Below, in pieces: positions 52,760 to 60,485 of a DNA stretch of 64,000 bases. The DNA is from Isurus oxyrinchus (lineage: Eukaryota): NCBI GenBank assembly GCA_026770705.1, contig JANJGN010000034.1:4650001-4714000 (forward strand). The letters run 5' to 3'. The notes below the pieces were generated by a model. That model searched no databases, was not told the origin of the DNA, and was given only the letters and a program-made list of their open reading frames with translations. A program made the position numbers and the translations under genes. Within the stretch, counting starts at the first letter, position 1. Every line of letters starts with the position of its first letter.

Positions 52760-55700
52760 TTATCCTATGGGTTAAAGCTGATCAGCAACTTGGAGAACTC
52801 CCCTCTGCCTCAGTAAGTCTTAGATATTGTAGACAAATATATATTAATATTTTTGTTGAAATTATAACAAAGCCATATTCCCTTCATGGAACTTGAGAAG
52901 GCTGCTGCAATTCTTTATGGGCAGGAACATAAATCCATCAGAATTTTACTGAGATATAGGCAAATAAATAGCGGATGCTGGAAATGCCAAAAAAAATCAC
53001 AAACTACCTGAAGAAAACGCAGCAGGTGTGGTAGCATATGCATAGAGGTGTAGAGTTAACATTGTGAGTCCAAATGAGCCTTCAACAGTCAATTCGCCGA
53101 ACCCACCCACACTAGGGCCATCTGCCACTTGCTTGTCCTGCTTGCTCCCTTTAATGTCACCATTAACACATTCCTTATATAACATCACCATCGTCAACAC
53201 AAATTTGTCCTTTTGTCTATGAAGTCTTTGGCGATCGCTCTTCTTTGCCTCTGCCTATGATTGGTTCTCTATCCAGCTCTACCTGTCCCAACGATCCTAA
53301 ACCAGCTTATATTGCACCTCATTTCTCTATTTCCTTCGGTCTGATAAAGAGTCATACGGAGTCGAAACCTTAAAAGTATTCCTCTCCACAGATGCTGTCA
53401 GGCCTTCTGAGTTTTTCCAACAGTTTTTATTTTTGTTTTGGATTTCCAGTATCCACAGTGTTTTGTTTTTACAGTATTACATGTCTGCACTCACATGGAT
53501 GGACGAATTCCTTCAATAAATTTCAGAACTAAACAATTTATCGAACTATCTCACATGTGTAAGAACAGACATCATTTGTTCAACATTCTGTCACATTGAT
53601 GTGCGTAATGAAACATAGTGGCCTTCCCCTGTAGCTAACAACAAGAAACTATTTGTTCTGTGTTTAATTTAATCCCTATGTATCCAGTTCGTTATTTCAA
53701 TATTCAGAGTGACTCGATATTTGATTTTACCATACCGTGTGCTGTATTTCACATTAAACCAGCCATCAATGCATTTTGATGTCACAACATGCAACGCAAA
53801 ATTATACTTTTAATCCCTAGAATGCCAACAATTAAACAACATCGTTGAAGCTAAAGGTACTTGAATTTAATGTTTGTATTTTGTTGCTGCTCAAATGTTA
53901 ACTTCAGGTTCCTTAATTCTTCGAAGTATCAGAGTGGGTTAATTTGTCAACAGAGTTCTTTATTTCTAGAGGAATAGAATTATAATAATTAAGCTACCTA
54001 AACGCTTCAGCATTGCTGTTGGCAAAGAATAATTAAAAGGTAATAGGCGGTAAGATCTCCCGTAGTTGGAGTCATGGTGAGCTAAAAGCAAGATTGTTGT
54101 TGTTGTTAGAGTCAATAATATTCATGTGCCAGATGTTAGATACATCAATTGCTAATGGTAGTGATATAGTCTCATAAAACCTCAGTTATTTCATACAACG
54201 CCTCCACTTCCACATTCAGTGATGTTTGCAGTGTTGTGTACCATCAGGATCTTGAAGATAACGAAGTACTACATGCCTGCATGTAACAAGCATGGGGAAT
54301 ATTCAGGCATGCACTAATTATTCTCAGGTCACAATTGCATATTCTCAGTGCCAGAAAATGAACATCATCAAGAGGAGAGAATCAGTGCCCGTCTAAACAA
54401 ATTGTATGGCCATTGCTGAATCCCTCTTCGCCAAAATCCTCTGTTGATTAAAGAAAAAAAGAGGCAAGCGTGTAAATGCTATGACTGAATCGAAAAAGCA
54501 TAGGCCAGAGATTCAGCTGCAATTAATTAAATTTCTGATTTTTGAAAGCCATTTTTTCTTTGACGAGCCAAAATTCAGTAGCATGCTGGAATGATGTTTT
54601 AGCTTTATGAACGATTGCATCTCCAACGTCACTTAAGACACTCGATGCCAATAAGGGTTAAAGAGTCATCATTATTGGCATTTTAAGCAATTATTTATTA
54701 ATTTACTGGCATTACCGCTGGCACACAGTGGTAGGAGTATGTGCTATCTAGATGGTACACTTCAGAAAAAAAATATATTAAACCCCCTTCAGCTGAAACA
54801 AATGAACTCACACGCTTTATAATCTGGATGAAAACGGGGAATAGAAATATGAGAAAGCTGCCTCCAGAAATCTCTATCCGAAGCCACACAAAGTTCCACC
54901 TTTTACTTATTTAACAGTTCCTTCAGTAAACCTGCGTTAAAGTCCTGGAAGCAATACCAAAACTGGATTGCAGCGCTGTCTCCACAAGTTCGATAGCAAA
55001 ATTCACAAGGCAGCTCCCTTCCTTACATTACAATTACGGGCAAACAACACATGTTGGACTTGCTAATAGGTCCAGTATAAAGAAATGATAAAAATAATAA
55101 AATAAACACAGTAGGTGGCTGTAACTTAATACTTTCTTAGGTCATTGTGCTCTCTTTAAAAATATGCAGAGGACAAAGATTGATTTAGAGGGAGGCTGCG
55201 TGGGAATTCCGACTTACAAGGGTGATGGCAGGACTGAAAAGTGATAGCTAACACGGGAAAAAAAATAAACAGCTGTCAATGTATTGTCTAAAAAAGTCGA
55301 GATATAACAGATTTGGAGACGTTGGGGACCGGAAGTGGGGGGCAGTGTTGGAGGGGTGGGGATAACTCTAAAGTGTGTAGCAGATTATGAATCAGCTCGA
55401 TAAAATAGCAGTATATAGGAGCCTTCTGCTTGTGCAGAACCCAAACTGAAGGGCTAGAAATTTAAGGCAAATAATATTAAAAATCTAAACTGAAAGCTGG
55501 TGCAATCGAGGAGTGAATGATATTTCTGATATGATACTAGACAAATGGTAACATTTTGGAAATTTCTAAGAAAACTGGCTAGTTGACGTGAATAGAGAAA
55601 TGCTGGAGCTAACTAGACAAAAGTTGTGAAATGAACGGTAGTATATTTTTGTATTGTGTGATGAATTATGCAGAAATGAGGTTAGTTTTATCCATAAATA

Positions 55701-58700
55701 CAAACATAGCAATCATGTGCCGACGTCTAACAATTATTATTATTTCCAAGATCTTAACCTCATCGACAAGAAATGCAGATTGCTGTTATGGGCTGTAGAA
55801 TAATGACATTTTCAAGACAGAATCACCTCATGGCTTCAATGAGTAGTTCAAATAATTCCAGTTTACACTTTCTTCCTGCAATTGCACGTTATGTATCTTC
55901 CCTTTGAATGTTAATGTTGAAACGGTTTCTACTGCCCTCTGCATCGCACGTCGTACAAACTTTTGGATCTAAAGCGTTTCCTGATCTCAACTTTGCCTTT
56001 TCAGTCGAATTGATGTAATTTTTATCCATTCGTTACCAACACTTTTGCCAATGTAACTGATGTTTTCCTATATAATTAGACTAAAATGATTATCACACTA
56101 TATATGCAGTAATCCGTTCTCTACACAGAAAGAGCCCACGTTGCCTCACATCTCCCAAAACAGATCTCTCACCTTTTGCAGTATCCTGCTAAATTCCAAT
56201 GCCTTGCTACCAAGCCTACTACATCCCTCCGAACTTGTGGCGTCCATAACCACAGCCTGTCATTTACGTGATGCTGAAAGTTTGATTTTAATGTGAAAGC
56301 GCAGAGGTCTTATATTTTCTCAGCTGCTCACTTTAAATGGAAGACACTAGTGTCCAGAACACAAAGTGAGAAATTTGTAAGCAAACTGAGAACACTTAAG
56401 TCAAATATCGTTAACATAACGAATATTCTTCGTTAGACAAAGCATTAGCAAAGAAAGAAAAAGGTAAGCTTCAACTTATTGTTAAAAAAATAGTTTTGCT
56501 ATTGCATCTTTGGCTAACGTTAAAACACCTTATGAATTTATTCACGGTATTCAACAGTAGTCGATAGGTCCAATGTACTTCGCAATTTTTGAATGACTTA
56601 ATTACGTGGCTGTTCTTCCTAGCTTGCAAGAATAAATAAATTCCCATCGTTACTTTAAATGCTTACCCTCAATGTTTACAATCTGCATGTCATGCTATGA
56701 TAGAGAACACTTTGCTGAACCGCACGGCTACAAAAATGACCAAACATGCTGTTAAGAAATTGCAATGTAACACAAAAAGCCTTGATAACAAATTGGGTTG
56801 ATTCGGGGGTTGTGGGTGTGTGTCGAGCTCAGGAGGAATAGTCGTTGAGGGAAACTAGCCCATCCAGAGTTAGGCAAACTCTGCTTAAATTAATTTTGGA
56901 CAATTGCGTTTGGATAAGGGCAAAACGCATCAGGATAAAGATATTGCCTATGGAAGGAATTTTGCACAAATTCATCAGAACCAATACGGTCTAAAACCTT
57001 TCGATGAAATTCCTGATTTAATTACAAATTTGCTGAATGAATGGAAGTTATCACTCCTCATAAAATAATTGGATATCATCTGCTTTATTCTACGTTTTAT
57101 GGGGAAAACAGCCTTTTTCAATTGTCTGCTTCAGACATTTTCTCCTCATTTAAGAGATACCACTTTTACGAACAGCTAAAGTTAGTCTATCTATTTCTCC
57201 ATGTGGCGATTTTTTTGTGGCTGCTGGCGCCGTTGAGATTTTCCGGTCCTTTTGAAGTCAATGAAGTTCTGATCATTTTCGTTTTCCAGTCTGGCTCTTA
57301 AAATTCCATTTATGTCTGTCGTTCACATTTTGCACAGCGTGTTTCACTTGTGACCTTCTTCGAATTTCCCAAAGTGCGACGCCAAAGACTGATATGACTC
57401 AGTTTTTGGAGTTTTCAAACCTGAATTAATGAATAGTGTTACTACTGCAGGCTGATCTTATGTCTAAAGCCTAAGTGAATTTCTGATCTTTTCGTCCAAT
57501 TGTGACAATACTGAGCACAAGTTGGCAGATCAGCTTTGTTACAATTATAATTTTTAGAGCAGAGAGGGATTTCCCTGATTTACGGAGACAAAAATAATGG
57601 ATATGTGTCATAACTTTCAAGGTTTATTTACATACTTTGAATGCTTATTAACAATTACTTAATAACAGCTTATAGATGAAGTTAGGGCGGCCATATAGCA
57701 ATCTGCCAAACTGAAATATTTTCATTGCTGCACCAGAATTGGAGAAACAGCGAAGGATTCAAATGGAATTTGGTGAGTTGAAAGACGTCGTTGTTCAGAA
57801 CCCAGAAGCGAACTTATACATTTGCCGACGATAAAACGTATCTCTTCCTCAAGGAAGCATATCGTTACACTCTCGAGAGCGCTTATGGACCACGTTTGAT
57901 CGTTTATTTTCGTCTGAATTTGAACACATTTGCAATAAAGAACGACAAAGATCACACAGCAGAGACACATCATTGCTTAACTTATAGTAACGCAGATCTC
58001 ATTCGCTAGAGATATATATTGGGCTTTCCAGCAGGAACAATTGTCTCCCAGGTTCAAATCCAGTCGGTGAAGACCATCCAACTGGTGTTAAGATGTGTAG
58101 CTGTTGGAATATGGTGTAATCATCCACAACAATAGATTGGCTCATGAGACATCAAATGACCTAGGACAGACTCCACTAATGCATCAACTGAGCACTATCA
58201 ATTAAATTTGACAGCAGGGCAGGTCAGGAGAAACTGGACATATGAGCAAAATTTTGCAAATTAGTTTTTTTTTAAGGCGTGCCTTTAAGAAGCAGAGATA
58301 GGCATACATGTTTGGATACAAAATTATAAAACTCAAGTCCTAAGGGGATGAAGGCTCTGTCACCAATTTGCAACAATAAAAAAAAACCTGATATCCAGGA
58401 TTTGAAAGAAAATGCTGCAGGGCTGAAATCAATTGATACTTTCTAAGCAGAGGAGATGATTTTTTAGGGAGACACAAATCTGCAATTTTTATATAATAAT
58501 TTGTTCTGTATTCGAGTTTCTGCATGGTAACATGGAGCTGTAGTCTCCCAGGTTGTGTGAAAGGTCTGTGGCGGGAAATACGATATGCAATGCTGATTGG
58601 CAATATATCGACCATACAATTCGTAGACGCTGCACAGAAAATCAGAAAACTAACATTTTTTTTTTACATGTCAGTTCACACAAGATACTATTAATCCAAA

Positions 58701-60485
58701 TGTGCTGCTTATCGTTCCCACAGTAATTTGATGTATCTCTCACAGCAACAGTCATATTCATTGAATAATAGACATTCCCAACAGTGAAGAAGGACATCCG
58801 GTCCATCAGATGCACACTGGCTGTAAAAGAATCATCTAGCCCTTTCACGCTTTCAAGATGTTGGCCACAGCCTTGTAATTTTTCTGCCACTTCAGTTGCA
58901 CATACATTTGCATAATGGTATCACGGTTTCTTACTCTACCACCATTTCAGATATTAATGTTCCAGATCCCCCCCCCCCCCCCCCCAACACCCCAAAATCC
59001 CGCCTTTCACCACCACCCCCCGCCCCGGCACCCTCCCTCCCCACCCTCTGTGTCCAGGTTAATATGCATTGGGATGTACTCCTGGGCTCCGGCTTCTCAC
59101 CATAAATATATAACCCAGTGCACAGATCGGTCAAACAAGAAGGAGACAGTCTTACAGCCACTCTACATTGACTTCTTATAAATTCATGCACTTCAGTTAA
59201 ATCTCTCCTCTGCAACTATCAAAGAAAGCAGTACTAAACTTTTTTTTTTTCCCCAGCAATTACTCTTACTACATTCTCGAGCATATTAGCCTTATTGTGA
59301 CAGTATGGCTGGCAAAATGTCAACCAGATATGCAGCCGAGGACTAACTCGTTATTTATAGAATTCATCCATAGCCTTCTCACCCGGATTTGTTATGCCTA
59401 GTCTAAACAAAGAAAATAATTCAATTACAAATTCTTTCTGGGCTGTGGCGCCACTGCCTTAGATAAAAAAAAATATGCTCAAAAAGACCAAGCTGACTTT
59501 TCAGGGAACAATCACATTCCCGTCCAAACCTCTGAAATGAATTGGAACATTCAAAATTTACAAATCAAACCCCGGAGACTCCTTTGCTACATAATCGTGG
59601 AAGAAAACTAAATTATGTAAAATAGGTAGCAGTGCAGCTGCTATTCTGATATATTGTGATCTTGCAGCAAGCAATCAATTCGCTCTGCAATTGATCGGAT
59701 GAAAATTTGAAGTCTGAATTTACGAGGGCACGAGAGTGAAAATAAGGTGCTATGAATGTCTAAATCCTGAAACATCGCTGGTGAATGATAAGAAGTTCAG
59801 AACAGATACTCGCGAAGTTGGAAATGCATGTAAATCAAGAAAAATCATGCATTGCTTGCTAGGGCCACTTGACGTCTCGAAGCTGTGAACATCCAATGGG
59901 GTAAACGTTATAAGAATTGCAAGGATGGGACCAGAACCTAACTGTCATAACTGTCATGGAAGCCTGAGCAGTCTACGTCACCTGTCACTGTAAATAATGT
60001 TACCCACGAATGTGTTGCAAGCAGCTATAATTACAAGTGGTTGCAAAAGTCGTGAGTGAGAGGACTATTTTTCTGAATGTGGTGCAGGTGAGACCAAGCA
60101 CCCTTGGGTATGATGAAGGAGATTCTGAACAACATAATTGTCGCTGCAAATTCAGAGCATGATCTCATAGGAAGTGCATGAGACACAGGACAAATGATGA
60201 ATTTGAGGCCAAGTTGGAGCGGTGTAAGAGGGATGATAAATATATAAATGCATTATGCTGATAACATGTAATCTCTTGTGGATGATACAGAGAGGAAACG
60301 TGAGGTATACTTAATGGTCTACTCCTCTTATCTAAATTAAAAGTAATTATTTGAAAACCCCTAAATAATTTTCAACGCCGGTGCTGGTCCTCCTTTGACA
60401 TGCTCTGTGAATGTGTTTATCAAATGAAAATATTTAAATGTTTTTTTGTTGCTTGCAGAAGAAAACTTGAGCTCGAAAAGCAAAG
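160..60485 (+). CDS. Multi-exon host gene (partial, both ends outside window) encoding a long heptad-repeat coiled coil from alternating 36/27-nt microexons
   Basis: 18 AG...GT-bounded exons of exactly 36 nt (8) or 27 nt (10), all phase 1-1. Joined translation has no stop: EIQKLNKNVEAI-ELEAKIKIE-EIAALKKNLKDS-EEHLRKKNK-EIEEVNVLFAEC-NSKMKEKLQ-EIESLKRKFGDA-EKSFHEKEI-EKGLNQKNL-ESKLKTQQT-EAEKLNSDLEDC-ELKFSNNQK-AIEKLKEKVKYL-DQKLSMKDT-ECQQLNNIVEAK-DKALAKKEK-ELEKQRRIQMEF-EENLSSKSK. Confidence 0.85.
430..2950 (+). mobile_element. Degraded CR1-type LINE (ORF2 RT remnant to 3' end); boundaries approximate
   Basis: YRPVILTSIVGKLLE at ~1672 and LFKICINDLDVGAKCKISKYTYDKKLGG at ~1994 match CR1 RT motifs (YRPVSLTS..GK, FADDTKLGG); many stops and frameshifts. 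Confidence 0.8.
2198..2238. repeat. (GA)n microsatellite
   Basis: Direct reading. Confidence 0.9.
3180..4040 (+). mobile_element. Degraded CR1 3' fragment
   Basis: Decayed post-RT CR1 pattern (ECVGLQK..., KYEVISF) followed by CR1-like 3' sequence. Confidence 0.55.
5560..6710 (-). mobile_element. Degraded CR1 fragment
   Basis: Reverse strand near 6208-6232 reads VAKFGDDT (FADDT motif); ggacacccagatccctctg is typical of CR1 in antisense. Confidence 0.65.
7463..7477 (+). CDS. Candidate 15-nt microexon (E)FSRK
   Basis: ccttgattcgcag|AATTCTCAAGGAAAG|gtaagg; strong donor and frame-preserving, but does not fit the 36/27 period. Confidence 0.35.
8760..8786 (+). CDS. 27-nt microexon, ELEAKIKIE
   Basis: ccccattattattttag|AACTCGAAGC...ATTGAGG|gtgaga. 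Confidence 0.8.
9718..9878. other. Assembly gap (161 N)
   Basis: Run of n. Confidence 1.
10260..10295 (+). CDS. 36-nt microexon, EIAALKKNLKDS
   Basis: cttcctcgatgcattacag|AAATAGCAGC...GATTCAG|gtgagc. Confidence 0.85.
14587..14613 (+). CDS. 27-nt microexon, EEHLRKKNK
   Basis: tattttaaaacag|AAGAACATC...AATAAAG|gtaacc. Confidence 0.8.
18090..18890 (-). mobile_element. Degraded Penelope-like element fragment (RT C-terminal part)
   Basis: YACLFIGYVEHSL, SDDAMFHNSVSDTYSFFNNRGF and RVPLVL align by eye to the PLE ORF at 34708-36603. Confidence 0.8.
20445..20480 (+). CDS. 36-nt microexon, EIEEVNVLFAEC
   Basis: gttttctttttcag|AAATAGAAG...GAATGCA|gtaagc. Confidence 0.85.
21080..21530 (-). mobile_element. 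3' fragment of an abundant CR1/L2-group LINE
   Basis: Recognisably similar to copies at ~11250, ~40900, ~48570-49390 and ~62950-63940 (-) and ~44870-46140, ~54050-55060 (+). Confidence 0.6.
21830..21875. repeat. (TA)n/(TAGA)n microsatellite
   Basis: Direct reading. Confidence 0.9.
23426..23452 (+). CDS. 27-nt microexon, NSKMKEKLQ
   Basis: cccatttattattag|ATTCAAAGATG...CTACAAG|gtattg. Confidence 0.8.
24139..24177 (-). ncRNA. Minimal type I hammerhead ribozyme motif (PLE pseudo-LTR)
   Basis: Exact reverse complement of 25144-25182. Confidence 0.7.
25144..25182 (+). ncRNA. Minimal type I hammerhead ribozyme motif (PLE pseudo-LTR)
   Basis: AGUU-CUGUCGA-A-GGGUC(AUGAG)GACUC-GAAAC-GUC^AACU: stem I AGUU/AACU, 5-bp stem II, palindromic ACGU stem III, GUC cleavage triplet. 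Confidence 0.72.
25560..27250 (-). mobile_element. Old, highly diverged Penelope-like RT relic (different subfamily); boundaries approximate
   Basis: Reverse strand 26210-26266 = ACIFIANMEPAAFQSYSGS, and upstream LNLNIFTFKATCLVQVKRVALG; cf. ACLFMGYVEHSLLQSYSGP and LTLNNFSFNSSHFLQIKGVAMG in the young ORF. Confidence 0.7.
28950..28985 (+). CDS. 36-nt microexon, EIESLKRKFGDA
   Basis: gttgtttgaaataag|AAATAGAATC...GATGCAG|gttagt; weaker acceptor but fits period and motif. Confidence 0.78.
29750..30200 (-). mobile_element. Degraded tRNA-derived SINE (DeuSINE-like)
   Basis: Resembles antisense of copies at ~32500-32860 and ~51780-52200; recognised by eye only. Confidence 0.45.
31250..32350 (+). 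mobile_element. Degraded CR1 LINE
   Basis: NYRSVSLRSVVGEIF (~31668) and DDGEPVDVVYLGF (~31844) match CR1 RT motifs. Confidence 0.75.
32500..32860 (+). mobile_element. Degraded SINE (DeuSINE-like)
   Basis: gtgctgtcggaaagtgctgt...atcccttggcgatattttgaa...gtaaatcgtatttgatattcctga pattern. Confidence 0.45.
32905..32931 (+). CDS. 27-nt microexon, EKSFHEKEI
   Basis: tcaacttgctttag|AAAAATCTTT...GAAATTG|gtaagt. Confidence 0.85.
34036..34074 (-). ncRNA. Minimal hammerhead ribozyme motif
   Basis: Identical to the other three young copies. Confidence 0.7.
34708..36603 (-). pseudogene. Penelope-like reverse transcriptase + GIY-YIG endonuclease ORF, 5'-truncated, with premature stop in the YIG motif
   Basis: IKPADKGGAVV, FYLLPKIHK, GRPIVS, DIQSLYTSIP, GVAMG, RYIDD, FLDL, then LVYCIRCSQCGLPYI*; GGA>TGA relative to the right-arm copy. 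Confidence 0.93.
36813..38093 (+). pseudogene. Second (inverted) partial PLE RT/endonuclease copy with stops and frameshifts
   Basis: Reverse-complement match to the left arm; YIDD is followed by TAG at ~37038; intact YIGETKR at ~37837. Confidence 0.9.
38476..38514 (+). ncRNA. Minimal hammerhead ribozyme motif
   Basis: agttctgtcgaagggtcatgaggactcgaaacgtcaact. Confidence 0.72.
40548..40556 (+). CDS. Candidate 9-nt microexon, EMF
   Basis: tattgttttatattcag|AAATGTTTG|gtaagc; 9+27=36 restores the 63-nt period. Confidence 0.5.
40681..40770. repeat. (CCT)4(TTC)~25 trinucleotide repeat
   Basis: Direct reading. Confidence 0.95.
42227..42253 (+). CDS. 27-nt microexon, EKGLNQKNL
   Basis: tttttgtttttcatag|AGAAAGGCC...AATCTTG|gtaatt. 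Confidence 0.82.
43480..43692 (-). mobile_element. tRNA-derived SINE 5' part
   Basis: ggagtgggaattgaacccaaggtc...gagtgtcaacaact reads as an antisense tRNA-like head (B-box GGTTCAATTCC). Confidence 0.55.
44114..44140 (+). CDS. 27-nt microexon, ESKLKTQQT
   Basis: gttgctacttatag|AAAGCAAGT...CAAACAG|gtatgc. Confidence 0.82.
44870..46140 (+). mobile_element. Degraded CR1/L2-group LINE interrupted by a SINE
   Basis: FPDDC (FADDC-like) at ~45458; similar to other copies in the window. Confidence 0.55.
45088..45340 (+). mobile_element. V-SINE-like element nested in the LINE
   Basis: tttgcatg...gtgtgggttt...ggttaggttgatt...aaattgccc...gtgtgccctgtgatg resembles the vertebrate V-domain SINE core and tail. 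Confidence 0.6.
46344..46379 (+). CDS. 36-nt microexon, EAEKLNSDLEDC
   Basis: ccattcttccacag|AAGCTGAAAA...GATTGTG|gtaagt. Confidence 0.88.
47409..47435 (+). CDS. 27-nt microexon, ELKFSNNQK
   Basis: atgtttttcttag|AATTAAAGT...CAAAAGG|gtaagg. Confidence 0.82.
48570..49390 (-). mobile_element. Degraded CR1/L2-group LINE 3' part
   Basis: Reverse strand near 49345-49368 = MFTVDCTV (FADDC motif relic). Confidence 0.6.
49740..50450 (+). mobile_element. Degraded CR1 3' fragment
   Basis: cctcaacttggattgtttcaaattctgggtgcc (RPQL..C.QFW-like) followed by CR1 3' UTR-like sequence. Confidence 0.55.
51472..51507 (+). CDS. 36-nt microexon, AIEKLKEKVKYL
   Basis: tttcttcattttcag|CGATCGAGA...TATCTCG|gtgggt. 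Confidence 0.85.
51780..52200 (+). mobile_element. Degraded SINE (DeuSINE-like)
   Basis: cagtgcagtactgtgggagg...gaggttctgaaaggc pattern shared with 32500-32860. Confidence 0.45.
52432..52458 (+). CDS. 27-nt microexon, DQKLSMKDT
   Basis: atgtctccaatag|ATCAAAAAT...GACACTG|gtaagg. Confidence 0.85.
52694..52758. repeat. (CA)n(TA)n microsatellite
   Basis: Direct reading. Confidence 0.95.
52960..53472. mobile_element. Older short inverted PLE-terminus element C with a degenerate hammerhead (53341-53372)
   Basis: Both ends resemble PLE termini in opposite orientation (gcggatgctggaaat... / ...ggatttccagtatccacag); ctgataaagagtcatacggagtcgaaacc; no clear TSD. Confidence 0.7.
53821..53856 (+). CDS. 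36-nt microexon, ECQQLNNIVEAK
   Basis: acttttaatccctag|AATGCCAAC...GCTAAAG|gtactt. Confidence 0.82.
56437..56463 (+). CDS. 27-nt microexon, DKALAKKEK
   Basis: atattcttcgttag|ACAAAGCAT...GAAAAAG|gtaagc. Confidence 0.85.
57737..57772 (+). CDS. 36-nt microexon, ELEKQRRIQMEF
   Basis: ttttcattgctgcaccag|AATTGGAGA...GAATTTG|gtgagt. Confidence 0.85.
60459..60485 (+). CDS. 27-nt microexon, EENLSSKSK
   Basis: ttttttgttgcttgcag|AAGAAAACT...AGCAAAG|gtaaat. Confidence 0.85.

Noticed and set aside
57155-57180. 26-nt exon-like segment (EIPLLRTAK) with gttagt donor
   Set aside because: Not a multiple of 3, and the slot is already filled by 56437 and 57737.
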